A stretch of DNA of 64,000 nucleotides from Octopus bimaculoides (GCF_001194135.2 NC_068984.1:98314535-98378534); one strand, 5' to 3'; positions 26,648 to 41,600 are shown, counted from the stretch's first letter. The notes: a model not told the origin generated them from the sequence alone. A program made the numbers and translations.

Positions 26648-29600
26648 TGCACGTACATGCGTGAGTTTAGAGGGATATATTATCCTGGCAGATACCATGG
26701 TAGCTCTAAAAAACAAATATATATATATATGTATACCCACACACACACATATATGTGTGAATGTATGCAAACACACATAGAGTGAGCCAAAAGTCACGCA
26801 CCAAACCCTTTCACATTTTATTTATATTATATTATTAATTTTGTTCATCATGGACAAGTATGTGTGTATTCATCATTATTTTATTCAACTTTTTAACAAC
26901 TGAAGCATGTCTTAGATAATTCCAAAGCGTATTGAACTTATTTTGTTCATGATTTTTAGGCCACCCTGTATACATATACATATTTGTGTGTGTGTGTGTG
27001 TGTTCATGAGAATGTGTTTCATGAAACAGAGTTCATTTAACGAGATAGCCCTAATTATATCACCTGACGAAATACTTCTGCACCAAGTTGTCTAGTTTCC
27101 CACCCATGGAGGATTGATGCAAGATGTGTAGAAAAGATCATTGTAAGCAATAAAGTTCCCCGTGTATTGCATTTTCCGTCTCTATCATTTGTTTTATACT
27201 CAACGTACAGAGGAATTCCCAGGTAGCCATAGACAGTGAATGTGTTTTATCAGCATATCACTAGGAACATACCCAACACTATTATCACACACACATACAC
27301 ATCATGTTTTTATTTCTCAGCTGAGGAAGAGCAGTACACCTAGTGTTTTAAAGGATCTTCAAAGCTGATGTGAGTAATTGAGGAAGTTGCTCTCACAGAC
27401 ACAGTTCAACTTATGGGCCACCACACAGCTTCTGAATACCAAATTTCTTTTACAATACTCTGGTCAAACTGAGTTTGTAACAAGGTATTTGACTGAAGGT
27501 AGCATACAGTGGGTTCAATTTCTTAACTACATAGCTATGCCTGAATACAAATGCTTCAAATATAAATCAAGTGCAGACTAATATATTTCATCATCATCAT
27601 CATCAACAATTAATGTTGGTTTTCCATGCTGGCATGAGTCGGATGGCTTGACAAGAACTGGCAAGGCCAGGGACAGTTCCAGGTTCCATAAACTGTTTGG
27701 CTTGGTTTCTACAGCTGGATGGCCTTCCTAACACTAGCCACTTTACAGAGTACTGGGTGCTTTTTACATGGCACCAGCACCCACACTAATATTTGGCACT
27801 TTGGTTTTAAGATCTCAATTCTGTTGTGGTGGGAAGGTCTTCTTGAATATTTAATGAAGGAAAGTTACCTCCAATTTTTTTAACCTGCTAAAATTACAGC
27901 ATCATCATTTTTGTTTTTCCTTTTCCATGCACATATGGGTTGGACTGAATTTGTCAAGGCAGATTTTCTACGGTTCCAGTTGCCAACCCTCATCTATAAT
28001 GAGATAACATTTCCTCATGACCAGACATGTCTTTTACAGAATATTGGAAATGAAGGATTCCACTTGCATGATGGCGACATTGGCTTACAACTATCATGTG
28101 ATGTCAAAGCAAGGAAACAGTAAAATATACACACATATGTACATACGTACAACAGGCTTCTTTCAGTTTCCATCTAACAAATTTACTCACAAGGCTTTTG
28201 TCGGCCCAGAACTTAGAGAAGACATCTACCCAAGGTGACATATAGTGGGAATGAACCTGAAACCATGTGGTTGAGAAGCAAACTTCTTACTACACAGCCA
28301 CACCTGCATCAATAGTGAAGGGAAAAGCCCTTAGTTTGATTGATAATTCTTATAAAAAAAACAAACAAGGAAAGCAACTCCAAAATTTGAATGTAAGGAT
28401 ATACTGAGTTGTGGCTCTGAGTTTTGGTAGATATTGAGGCAACTCAGGACATTTCTGTCTTGTTGAAGGTCATTAGCAAGACAAGTCTCATAAGTACTCA
28501 CATAGATGACTGTAGGAAATGAATAAATTTTTTTCTTTTGGGAAAAAACATTTGACAATTTAAAATAATGACATGAGGCAATTTCCCAGTGCTTACCTTC
28601 AACACAGAAATCAACACCAGACACCCAATCATCATGGCCAGACAGAGACACAGCAGATACAAACTGGAATAAGGATGGAAAATTGAGTAGAACATGTGGG
28701 GGGAAATAAGAAGTTATTGTTGAGAGAAACTGTATGAAATTTATTGTGGAAGAAATACACTGGAACTTATGTTTGTTGGATGAAACAGACTGGAATACGT
28801 TACTGGGGAAATGGAATTACTTTTTATACAGACAAGATTAGGATTTAAAAACTGTATTGGTGGCTCTATTCAAAACAATTACACTTATATCAGTCACCTA
28901 AGTTGACAAGCAGGTTCTGCTAAATATTTCACGGCTGAATGGTTAGCAAAGCATGCTTTGTTAATTTGCAGTACAGAATTAAATTCTTTCAGTGGATTAT
29001 TGAAATCATTTAAAAGAAATTCTCACAATATAGCACTGTTTCAATCACTTCCACCATCATCATAACTGCCACTAAAAGTAGCAGATTTGATAGAAATAAC
29101 CTTAAATCATTAATCTATCTAATGTAGTAATATATACATACCTGACATTGCTGCCAGACATAGAGGTTCACTTTCTGATTATCACAGCCACAAGCAAGGA
29201 TCACACCTGAAAATTGAAGAACAAATCACCATCATCAACACCACCATCACTGTCACCATCTACAAACATCACCAGATCCCATTTTTGTACCTTAGCTTTT
29301 CCAATCATAGACAACACCCACAAAAAACACTCAAAGTCACCACAAATATCATCATCATCATCGTTTAATGTCCATTTTCCATGCTGGCATGGGTTGGACG
29401 GTTTGACTGAGGTCTGGAGAGCCAGTAGCCAATCTGATCAGGCAATGTTTCTACAGCTGGATGCCCTTCCTAATGCCAACCACTCCAACAGTGTAGCGGG
29501 TACTTTTTACATGTCACCGGCACAGGAGCCAGTCAGGTGGGCCTGGCATCAATCACAAATGGATAGTGCTTTTTACATGCCACTGTCAGGCGGACCTGGC

Positions 29601-32600
29601 ATTGACCACATTCGGATGGTGCTTTTTACGTGCCACCGGCACAGAAGCCAGTCAGGAGGCACTGGCCACAACTACGATATTAGTTTTACTTGACTCAACA
29701 GGTCTTCTCAAGCATATCATATCGCATAACGCATCAGGGGTACTCTTAACTGGGCCAAAAATGCATGGCTGCAATCCCACTTTAGTTTCCGGGTCATCTC
29801 AATCACAGCATATCTCCAAAGGTCTCAGTCTCCTGTCATTGCCTCTGTGAGGCCCAATGTTTGAAGGTTATCCTTCACCACCTCAAAACATGTCTTCCTG
29901 GGTCTACCTCTTCCACAGGTTCCTTCCACAGTTAGGGAGTCACACTTCCTCATGCAGTTGTCCTCATCTATACATAACACACGACCATACCAGTGCAGTA
30001 GTCTCTCTTGCACACCACATTTGATGCTTCTTATGCCCAACTTTTCTCTCAGGGTGCTTACACTTTGTCGTGTATGCACACTGACATTACACATCCAGCG
30101 GATCAGACTAGCTTCATTTCTTTTAAGTCTACATATGTCCTCAACATTCATGGCCCATGTTTCACTGCCGTATAGCTTGGCAGTTCGTACACATACATCA
30201 TACAGTCTACCGTTCATCCTGAGTGAGAGGCTCTTAGTTGCCACCAGAGGTAGGAGCTCCCTGAACTTTGCCCAGGCTATTCTTATTCTAGCCGCTACAC
30301 TCTCAGAGCAACCAGCCCCATGACAGACTTGGTCACCTAGGTATCACAAAGTTATCAACTACTTCTAGTTTCTCCCTCTGACATGTGATGGAATCTGTTT
30401 TCTGTACATCTTCAGTGCTTATTGCCCCTGTACATCTGCCAAACACAAAAACTATTTTCCCGGTTAACCTTCCTTTGATTTTGCTGCACCTTTTATGTGT
30501 CTATAGCTTATACCAGGTACATCGTATGGAGTTTCTACTCACGCCTTTTCTACAGATCGAGCAGGGACACCTACTTGAAGGGGATTGTGGTTTGACAGCC
30601 TTCCTACTTACTAACACTTTGGTTTTTGCTAGGTTAACCCTAAGGCCCATTGATTCTAGACCTTGCTTCCACACCCTAAACTTTGTCTCTACTTCTGGTA
30701 GTGACTTGGCTATTAGATCAAGGTCATCAGCATAGAGGAGCTCCCAGGAGCAGCCTGTCTTGAATTCCTCTGTTATTGCCTGGAGGACTATAATGAATAA
30801 GAGGGGGCTGAGGACTGATCTTTGGTGAAACCTTACTTCTACTTGGAATTCTTCACTATACTCATTGCCAACCCTCACCTTACTGATAGCATCCCTGTAC
30901 AGAGCTTTTACAGCTCTTACCAACCACTTGTCTATCCCCAGTTTCCACATTGACCACCAGATAAGGTATTGGGGGAACCCTGTCAAAGGCCTTCTCCAAG
31001 TCAACAATAGTCAAGTACAGAGGTTTATCTTTGGCTAGATATTTCTCCTGCAGTTGCCTTACCAGAAATAGCATCAGTGGTGCTTCTGCCTGGCACAAAA
31101 CCAAACTGCATCTCATCTAGGCTAACTCTCTTCCTAATTAGTTGGGCTTTGACCCTCTCCATGACTTTCATCACCTGATCCAATAATTTGATACCCCTAT
31201 AATTATTTCTATCTAAAGCATCACCTTTACCCTTGTAGTAGTTGACTATGGTGCTGCTATACCAGTCATTGGGTATGATTCCTTCATGAACCACCTGATT
31301 TACGATGCGGGTGACAAAGACTATAACCCACTCTGCCCAATATTTTAAGCATCTCAGCAGTGATTCCTGATGGGCCAGGTGCTTTCCCTGCCTTCATATC
31401 TTTAATTGCTTTATCTACCAGGGTACTGTCGATTTGGGTAGCTGGTCCCACATTTGGGTCAACCTTTGGCAGACTCTCCTCCTCCCATTCATTCTCTATA
31501 TTCAGCAGTCTTTCATAATGGCATCTCTAAGCCTCTTTCTTTGCAGAATCATTAAACACAAGGGCACCATCATCCATGTGGACACATTTCACTCCTATGA
31601 CATCATGGTTTTCTCTCACACACTGTCTTGCAATCTGAAACACTTCAGATCTTTGGTCTTCACGTTGCTGAACATTGGCAAACTTCTTTTCTGTTACTCC
31701 CTTGGCTATATATACCTGTCTCCTAACTTCCCTTTTGGCTATCTGATACATTCTCCTGCTACTCCAACTCATCCAGGCCTTTCAAGCCTGTTTCTTTGTT
31801 CTATTGCTCCACCACCATGTTACCTGAGGTCTGGAAGGGACTTTGCACCAACCATAGATTTGGTCTGTGGCACTCAGCAAACTGTCTTGCAGGAATTCCC
31901 AGCTGCCTTCTATGTAACAGGACTGTAGCTCCTCCTCCCTATCATCAAATTTCTCAGTAAGGATATCCCTAAATCTCTGACCATGTGAAGGGTTCTTAAG
32001 TTTCCAAGTCCTTCAGGTGTCAAAGTCATTGATCTTCTCTGGTGGTTAGATCCACATACAACATCAAAAACTGTCCCATTTGCTAGTTTTCCTTTTCAGG
32101 AGCCACTGTTTATAACTCTCAGCAAAGTTCAAGTGAATTCCACAATGAAATTCTACACTTATATCTGGCTGGGACTATGCTGTTAATACCAGACGCACAA
32201 TGACAAAACATCTGCATCTGGGACAATGTTGCTATTGCTGTTGTTGCTGCTTCATATGTAAAACATCCAAAAGGGCTTTGATTTTCTGCAATTCTTTTCT
32301 CGCCTACAATTTTCCTGCACCAACTCAATGTGAACATCAACATATCAGTCTCACCAATCGTGTTGGGCCACCACCATCAACAACACATTGTCATCACTAA
32401 TATCACTATTATCACCATCACCACAGTTATAATTAACATCACCACCGACACAGTCATTACTATCATTAACATTTTAACAACACTTTTAGACTTTGTAACT
32501 AATGTTAAAGATAAACCTCAATGAAATTCTGAGAAAGTCGACAGAATATTTACATATATTTTGATGTTTGAATAATTGTGATGCTTTAATTTAGGTACAT

Positions 32601-35600
32601 GGTTTTAAAATCAAATACAGCAAAGAATAATATCCATAACTTACCTGAAGAATTTTCAGGTGAAACCAGAGCCACATCAAGGGCAAACCCAGTATTCAAT
32701 GATATAGTTTGGATGTCATGAAATTCTGACCAGAAAGGGTAAAGAGAAAAACATAAATATACACATAAGGATATTTACTTATCTATCCATATACATATGT
32801 CTATCTCTCTATCTGTATGCATGCTTGCACACACACACACACACACACACAAAGGTAAGGGGTTATTACCACAGTAGTTAATAATGATCTTTTCCTACAG
32901 AGTGATGGGTAGGTTGTTAGTATTACAACTGTGATGCTACATGATAGCAAGATGTGAGCAATGAGTGTAGAAGACATGTGAAGGCTACAAAGAAATGAAG
33001 TCAGCATGTTCCCATGGAAATATAATGTTAGTGAGCATGAATGTCAAAGTACAGATGAACAGAGAGCAAGACTGGGTATAAGACGAATTAGGTATAGTGT
33101 GCAAGGGAGGAGGCTGTGCTGGTATGAACATGTAATGTGTACGGAAGAGGACTTCTACATAAGGAAGTTAGTCAAACATGAGGAAGAAAGAGAACATGGA
33201 AGACTTGAAACAAGAAGTGAAAGATGATCTGATGATGTTGCATCAAACAGAAGAAATGACAAAGGACTGTACTGATGTGTAATATGCAAAATTGCAGAAA
33301 ATCTCTGCCCATGACAAGACATGCTCAGTTACAAAAATAGTGTTTAGAAATCATGACAAGCTTGCACCCTGCCAAACCTACTAAGCTGCCCCTTCACTTC
33401 CCTCATGTATACCTATGGATCACTTGTCCCCCCGCCCCCATCACTTCCATCTCTTCCTCACTCATTGCCCACCATCTGTCAACTCAGCATCATCCACTTC
33501 ATTTTACTCTGACCCCTTCACCATTCTCTCAGCCTGCATATATGAGTTCACATTGGATTGACCTCATCTCCTTACCCAATACAATTTAGCTTCACCTTGT
33601 TGTACTACCAGTCAGCATTATCACTCACCTGGATCATATCTATTGCCAGCCAACATCTCTTGCTTTTATCTCATCATCCACTCTTACCTTTGATCACTTC
33701 TCTACTGACATTACCCCCAAATATCACTGCCTTTTCCCCCATTATATTCTCGTTCTTTCCACATTTTCACCCATCTGCTCCATCTCAGGTCTTGTTCCCT
33801 TTCTCTCTTATACCCCACCCCGGCCACCTCTAAAGTCACCCGAGAAAATGTAAATGCACTAATGAATACTCTCTACACTCACACTCATACCTCTGCTTCT
33901 CAACCACCCATTTCTGCAGTCATTATTCTCCTATTCTGCTCCTCAGTTTACAGACTTTATGTCACTGAATACTCTGGTGTTAGTGCCACAAGAAAATACA
34001 CCCAGTACACTGTGTAAAGTGGTTGGTGATAGGAAGGGCATGCATCTAGAAAAACTAAGTGCAAATGAAATATACGAGTGACTTTTACTGAGTTGTAGTT
34101 CCTAACAAGAAACAGCTCAGACCATGATGACTCATCCAACCCATGACAGGATGAAAAACATGTGAACTGATGATGATGAGACAAGTACTTGTGAAACACT
34201 CAGCCACTTACATGCTAACTGAAAGAGTAGGTAATTCAGTTAATCAAACAAGTGAATACTCATCATCAAAACCGATAGTGAGCCATTTACTGTTTACCTG
34301 AGAATTTCAAGCAGACACCTACCCAGTATCTTTCTCATGCATCTTAATGGAGCTATGTTACAATCCCTTCTTGCTAAGGTAAAAAGAAAATTATCTCCTT
34401 GGCTTTTCTCTTTATTTCCATGAATTGTTGATACAACAGGAAATCAGTTTCTAGATTTCATAGTCAACTATAAACTTTACTAAATTAAATATGTATCCAT
34501 AAATACATGCTACAGAAATACAGTGACAAACTCAAAATACAAACTTAAGGTATTTGTATGCTTAATTGTAAGAAGGAAAGTATACAATTATTGGGAAATA
34601 TATTAGGAAAATAGGCAACATGATAAAGTAAGAAAGACTGATTAAAACATGTCCAGAAAAGGAAAACATCTGAAGAAATGGGAGACAGGTATAAATAACA
34701 CACTATACCAAATAAAAATGAATACAAAAGAACAAGCTGGAAAGAGAATGAAAGGAGGTGATAGAGGACAATATGGTCCCTGTATATAATCTGACGGAAC
34801 TGAAAGGATGTTAGATATAAGGCTGAGGTTTATTTTATTCACAAATAATTGGTCACAACAGTGTGAATCAATCTGAGTAACTTGGTTAAAACTAAACGTA
34901 GGACCATGTTACAGTTTATTGCATTTGATAAGAATAAAAGTGAAAATAAGACTTCAACTTAGTATATACAACATTGAAATTTGCATCAGTTTCACAGTGT
35001 TGCCACTGCTTGCAGTAATGACCGATTTCACATATCATACTACCTACTTACAGATAAAAGGGACTTGGCCATGGAGATTCAATGATGCTAGTGACTCAAT
35101 ATGAAACTGGTCTCCTTCAGGTAAAATATTAATATTCTAAGAACATCTGTGGCTCACCTAAACAATCAGAATGATGCAAAAGATATAGAGACAGGTGCTT
35201 ACCTTCAGAATTAAACCGGTGCCAAACTTTAACTGTAGAATCTACAGATGAGGTTACAATGAGGTTATGGCTTGAAGGAGATTCAGTTACTTCAGATTTT
35301 GGTTCAAAATCCAAATCTTCAATTTCTATATTGTCCAAAGTTGTAATAGCACCATCATGCCCAGCCAGAATTTGGGAACACTGGAACTGAAATGTAAGTA
35401 TGTTGAATGTTAAATATTTAATGTGGTTAAGGATAAATGAGAGTGCATAGCTGAAGCAAGCAGATATTATATTTTTAGAATTAAAAACTGTTGTTGATGT
35501 ATAACGTTAAGTTGGCTCCAAATAAGCAGGCCAATGATTAAAAGTATTTGAATCATGAACAATCTGTCACTTGTTTCCAAAATACTAAGCCTATACTATA

Positions 35601-38600
35601 TTATTCACTGTCTTTTCAGGACAATAGGGTTTGTTTGGGGAATTTGGATGCTATATCTAGCAGGTCAAATAACCACATAAAAGCTCCATTTGCTGAGAGA
35701 GAAAAAATGAGGGTAGATAAAAGAAAACTTTGTGGTAAGATAGCTAGATGAAACATTAAGTAAGTATGGGCAAGTAGTAGGGTGAGAATGGAGCAAGACA
35801 TAGGATGGAGATTAATTCAGACTTTTGAAATCTATGGTGGGGCATCTGGTGCAGTCCAAGGAGACTAACAAAGGTCATTTTTTTAAAGAAAGGCCAATGT
35901 CTTAGCCCAGGACAGATTAACTAATTTTATTTTAGAATACTTTAGTGAGATGACATCTTATGTTAGGAATGATGCCAGAGGGAAGGAGGAAGACCACCAA
36001 AAGTCTAACAGATCACCTCCAATTTTGAATTGTCTTTAGGCACAGATCAATGTGTCTTTCCTTTTTTTAAGACAGCACATGATTTGAGGGAGATTTGACA
36101 GCTATTTCAGACAGGTTAAGCAACCATGTTGAAATATTCTCATTGGTTCAAAATTCACATGAAGTAAGTAAAGGAGAAAGGTTGGCTGGATCCATGTAAC
36201 ACAAAGAGCTGCTGTGATTATATGGGGACATTTGAAAGGAAATTATAAAGAATAGGAAAGAACATGGAACACCTCCTCACTACACGACAACAGAACCTCT
36301 GCATAGTTGCTGGACTTACCACAAATAATAGCCAACTCTCCTTCAAACTACATTATACTGCTGTAAATAACTGAAAGAAACGTTATATAACGTATTTCAA
36401 CCTCAGACTGTTGAGATTATAAAAAGGAAGTGAACCCATCTATTTGTACACAGGACCCTAATGTCAATAAACAAATAACTGATACCATTAAGTCCACAGC
36501 CTTATTTCAGTAAGTCAGTGAGAGAAGAAAGAGCAGTCTCCACAATCTTTTTAAGCCAGAGTTCGTAGCTCAGGGCACTTATGTCCAACCTGAACATCTG
36601 AAGGAAAAGTCATGAACAGAGAAAGAACTAAAGGGTCTGGCTTGAATACTTGAAACAGATTGGATTTCATTATAGGTACCCAACGATCAGATGATGTTAT
36701 ACTAAAGACCAGGTGTTGGTGTTGAATCAGGTCCAGAAGGTGGTGTTAAACCTACCATCGAAGGACCATTTAGCATGTTAGGCCTATCATCAAATGAGTA
36801 ATGGGCATCAGAGATAAAAAGATGAAAGACTGAGATGAGCAGCAATGTGCAATACAACAGATGTCTTGAATACATAGAAATGGGAGTGATGAATGATGAA
36901 AAAATTGACAACAACAATGCTGTCATCATCATGATTTAGTAACAACAAAAAATTTTTAAATAAATATTAATAAAAATAAATTCAAAAAAATATAGAAAAT
37001 TTAAACCTGCACAAAAGACAGAATTATATAAATTTTCATTCAGAGTGAAAATGAAAGCAGATGATAAAAAGGTAATATATATGTAAATATATTTTCATTA
37101 ATATTTATAAGAATTGACAGAGAAAAAATTCTATAGCAAGAGAGAAACCGGAACAATAAAATTCTAATCTCGGTCTGTCTGTAAAGTTTTATTTCATTTA
37201 TATTAAAATATGACAGACAGCCTATTGACTAAAATATAAATGCAGCAGAGGCGAAATTATCCATGGAAATGGTCTAAGGGAGATAACTCGTATAGCTTAT
37301 CTTGAGTCAAACACCTGAGAATGCCACAACACATGCAATATTATTACGATAAACAGAGGATGAGATTTACGGCAGCAAAATTCACAACGATTGAAGTAGG
37401 TATTGCAGCTGGGTGCACGATATCAGTTATCTTATTTGTGCTAGTCATGGAGATGTTACTAAGATCAACAAACTGTGAGAAAGTAGAGAAGCAGCAGATG
37501 GAACGTTAGAGCGGTTGGACGAACCAATAGGATGGGCGAGAATGAAATTCAAAGCCCAAAATGGCTTTCGTGAAAGGAGTCCAAAAAGAAGTGAAATTCA
37601 GGATCGGAGGTGAAGATATACCAACAGTGAAAGAAAACCAGTAAAGAGTCTCAGCAGATGGTACAGAGATTTACTAAATGATAAGAAGAAGCAGAGCAAA
37701 GAAACACACGATTTAGTGGAACAGGTGTAGGCATGGCTGTGTAGTAAGAAGCCTGCTTCCGAAACACATGATTCTGCATTCATTCCCACTATGTGGCATC
37801 TTAGGCAAGTGTCTTCTACTATAGCCTTGGGCCAACCAAGGCTTGTGAGTAGATCTGGTAGATAGAAACTGAAAAGAGGCCTGTTGTATATAGATATATG
37901 TGTGTGTGTGTGTGTTTGTGTGTCTGTATATGTTTGTGTCCCTGTGTTTCTCCCATTGTTTGACAACCAATGTTGGTGTGTTTATGTCTCTGTAACTTAG
38001 AGGTTTGGCAAAAGAGACCAATAGAATAAGTACTAGGCTTACAAAGAATAAGTCCTGAGGTTGGTTTGTTTGACTAAAGGTGGTGCTCCAGCATGATCGC
38101 AGTCACATGACTGAAACAAGTAAAGGAATAAAAGACACTTTAAACCTTTATTGCAACACACAGCTCATTCTGAAGTTAGCCACATACCACCTTGAGAAAC
38201 GTTGCAGTATAGTTACCACAAGCAGTATATTTACCACAAATAATATATAGTAATTACATGATGTATAACCATCACATGATGTATCATCATCATCATCATC
38301 ATCGTTTAACGTCCGCTTTCCATGCTAGCATGGGTTGGACGATTTGACTGAGGACTGGTGAAACCGGATGGCAACACCAGGCTCCAGTCTGATTTGGCAG
38401 AGTTTCTACAGCTGGATGCCCTTCCTAACGCCAACCACTCAGAGAGTGTAGTGGGTGCTTTTACGTGTCACCCGCACGAAAACGGCCACGCTCGAAATGG
38501 TGTCTTTTATGTGCCACCCGCACAAGCCAGTCCAGGGGCACTGGCAACGATCTCGCTCGAAAATCCTACAGGAGCCAGTCAGGCGGTACTGGCAACGGCC

Positions 38601-41600
38601 ACGCTCAAAATGGTGCATCTCATGTGCCACCCGCACAAGAACCAGTCCAGGGGCACTGGCAACGATCTTACTTGGCTTGCCGGGTCTTCTCACGCACAGC
38701 CCATTTCCAAAGGTCTCGGTCCGTAGTCATCGCCTCGGTGAGGCCCAATGTACGAAGGTCTTGCCTCACCACCTCAGCCCAGAACAGTCACCACATATAG
38801 TACTGTTGCTACCTTTTCGACTAGCCCCTGTACATATCTACTTCATGTATTATATACATCACATGTGTATGTAATACACATACTTGGAGTATAGGCACTG
38901 CACAAAATATGGTCACAAGTAGTATCACATAAGGTATAGCAATAACATCCAATATGACACAGAATGTCATATAGTACAAGTACACTTATATATGGACTTG
39001 TATAATTACCAAATGTCATGATGAGGTCACAGTTTCTTGTTCATTTACTTTCATGTTATACTATTAGTGAAGGGTCAGGGAATTAACAAAGAACTAAGGG
39101 ATTTGAGGAGGGGTTTTGCAATTAAGAGAGTGATTTAGAGTTTATGGAAAAGATTTTTTGAGAAATGCAAAGAAAGAAACAAATGAAACAAAGTTACCTG
39201 ACTGCCTACTTGAGTCCACAGAATTGCTGTCTTGTCAACAGAGCCAGAAATGATTTCCCATTCTGCAGCTGATGATAGATGGAACAAATTTAACAATTAA
39301 TATAATCACACATCATCACCGTCATAGTTTAGCATCTATTTTCTGTTTGCATGATACCAGACAGAATTTATTGAGTCAGCTTTTCTACAGCAAAATGCCA
39401 TTCCAGAAGTGAAACCTAACCTGTTTCCAAGCAAGGAAATATTTCCCCATGACCATGTTTTCCATGGAAGATTGAAAGTTAACAACATTGCATGGGGGTA
39501 ATACTCATTTACAACCATCATGCGATATCAAGACAAAGGCACACACACACACACAATAGGCTTCTTTCAGTTTCCGTCTACCAAATCCACCCACAAGGCT
39601 TTGGTTGGCCCAAAGCTATAGTAGAAGACACTTGCCTAAGATTCCATACAGTGAGACTGAACCTGGACCCATGTGGTTTGGAAGCAAGCTTCTTACCATA
39701 GAGCCACAGCTTAGATTACTAAAATTAGTCATAAAGATGAAGATATGTGGGATATCGTGACGAGTATCACTGCAATCTGAAGATATGAAAATCTGTTGGA
39801 GCATAACTGTTTCAAACTGTACCTTGTTTTCCATGGTAGGCAATCTTCCTCCTTATTGATTATGAGCTGGTATAATGTTGGACAGCCACCTAATAGTATT
39901 TGAGACCAATAACCTTAAATTGCATCTTCAAGTGAAAATGTCCCATTATAATAAATTTCTAACTTAAATAGGATTTTTGTTGTCAACAAAGTTGGCTTCA
40001 TTTTTTTTTGTAGTCCAGAGTTGAAGATAATTAATGATATGGTTGACTTCTGTTGTGCCATTGAGCCAAGTATGTGAAACCAGAGGGTATGAATGTAATT
40101 GTACTTATAGCATATATACATTTCATGGTGATGGTCTTTAGCTGCCATTTTGAAACAACCAAGGGCTACTGGAAGAAATGCATTTTGTACAATTTACATT
40201 TTCTCATATGTTGTATTTAATGCTTGAAGGTTCTACAATAGGTCTACATAATTAAGATTTAGCCAATCACTGGTTTTGGTGATTGATCTAATTGTGAATG
40301 TGGGCTTCATGTATTGTCAGCCAATGATTAAAGAATACTGTTTCTTTGTTGAACCTGAACTGTCATTTTTCAAACATGTCATGAGAAAGAAAACATTGTA
40401 TAAAATGTGACAATTAGTGTCTTGGATTGTTATTCCAGAGATAGCATGTGGCCTGAAACTTGGACCCAGAAATGATGTGTAGAAATGGACAGTTTGAGGA
40501 GTAACCAAAATCACAGTGAATTGGCTGCTAACAGTTACAATCTTCTGTCTGCAAAATAGCCAGTCAGATTGGGCTAGTATGTTCAGTTTATAGATAACTA
40601 AGACTGGGCTAGGTTTGAATCAGAAGTCATAAAATTAATTGTATAGCTCATTACTTTCAGCTGCTCATTATCAAGACTTCGTACTTTAGAGACATAAACA
40701 TTAAGAACAAAGCAGACACATACATCTCCTGAGTCTTAGAATATTGCTCTTGAAATTTGGCCTTTGTTTACATTTCAAATACAGAACTGGCCATCTTCCC
40801 TTTTAAAGAATGCTTTAGTGGAGATCATCCAATGAAATACAGGGTAGGGCATAAAGATCGTCCACATCATAAATGAATATAAAAAGAGAACACAACCATC
40901 CAGGAAAAAAATTATTATGTTTCTGAAAAGTACATAAAAAACTGTTTACTTCACTGGGTTTTAAAAACTAAATTAGGCAAATGGCAGCCATTGTTGGCAA
41001 TACATTGATGCAGCCATTCTTGGAAGTTCTCAATGTCATCTTAGGTAGTATTGCATTGATTTCCTTTCTTTCAAATCCTCAAGAGTTTGAGGATGATGTC
41101 AGAAAACTTTTTCCTTTAGGTATCCCCAAAGGAAAAACTCACAAGGGTTTAAATCTGGTGACCTTGCCAGCCACCCCACATCTCCCCTCAAAGAAATCAG
41201 ATGTCTAGGAAACATTTCTCTGAACACTCCAAGCAAACATTATGTTGTGTGAGCCATAGCTCCAGCCTGCTGAAACCATAGACAGTCGATATCCAACCCA
41301 TCAAGTTTAGGGCATAAAAAATTCTCCAACATTTCAATGTACCAGCCAAAAGTAACCGTTACTGTTTCATCACCTTCTTCAAAAAAGTATGGTCTGATGA
41401 TTCCAAAATTAGCAACTGCACACCAAACAGCTACATGAGGCGAATGACGCAGTCTTCTGTGGAGTTCATGAGGATTATGTTCAGCCCAGTTGTGAAAATT
41501 CTGCTTGTTTATGTTTCCATTGATATGGAAGTGAGCCTCATCGATACTCAGAAGAACAGCTGCAGTGGGAACTTGTGCAAGAATATCCGCACATAGGGCT

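Noticed and set aside
27321-27369. + strand 49-nt exon-like segment with good splice signals (also 61567-61616)
   Set aside because: All three frames contain stops and no linked exons were found; likely chance signals.
34200-34275. Box C/D snoRNA-like pattern on the ELP2 strand (tgatga...ctga...ctga)
   Set aside because: There is no terminal stem, no rRNA complement I can recognise, and it abuts a decayed repeat tail; box motifs this short are common by chance.
36702-36830. Protein-like ORF tail [35 protein letters not shown] (and [11 protein letters not shown] on the + strand)
   Set aside because: It has no good splice sites, is not needed for the ELP2 frame (exon 3 joins exon 4 directly), and shows no recognisable homology.
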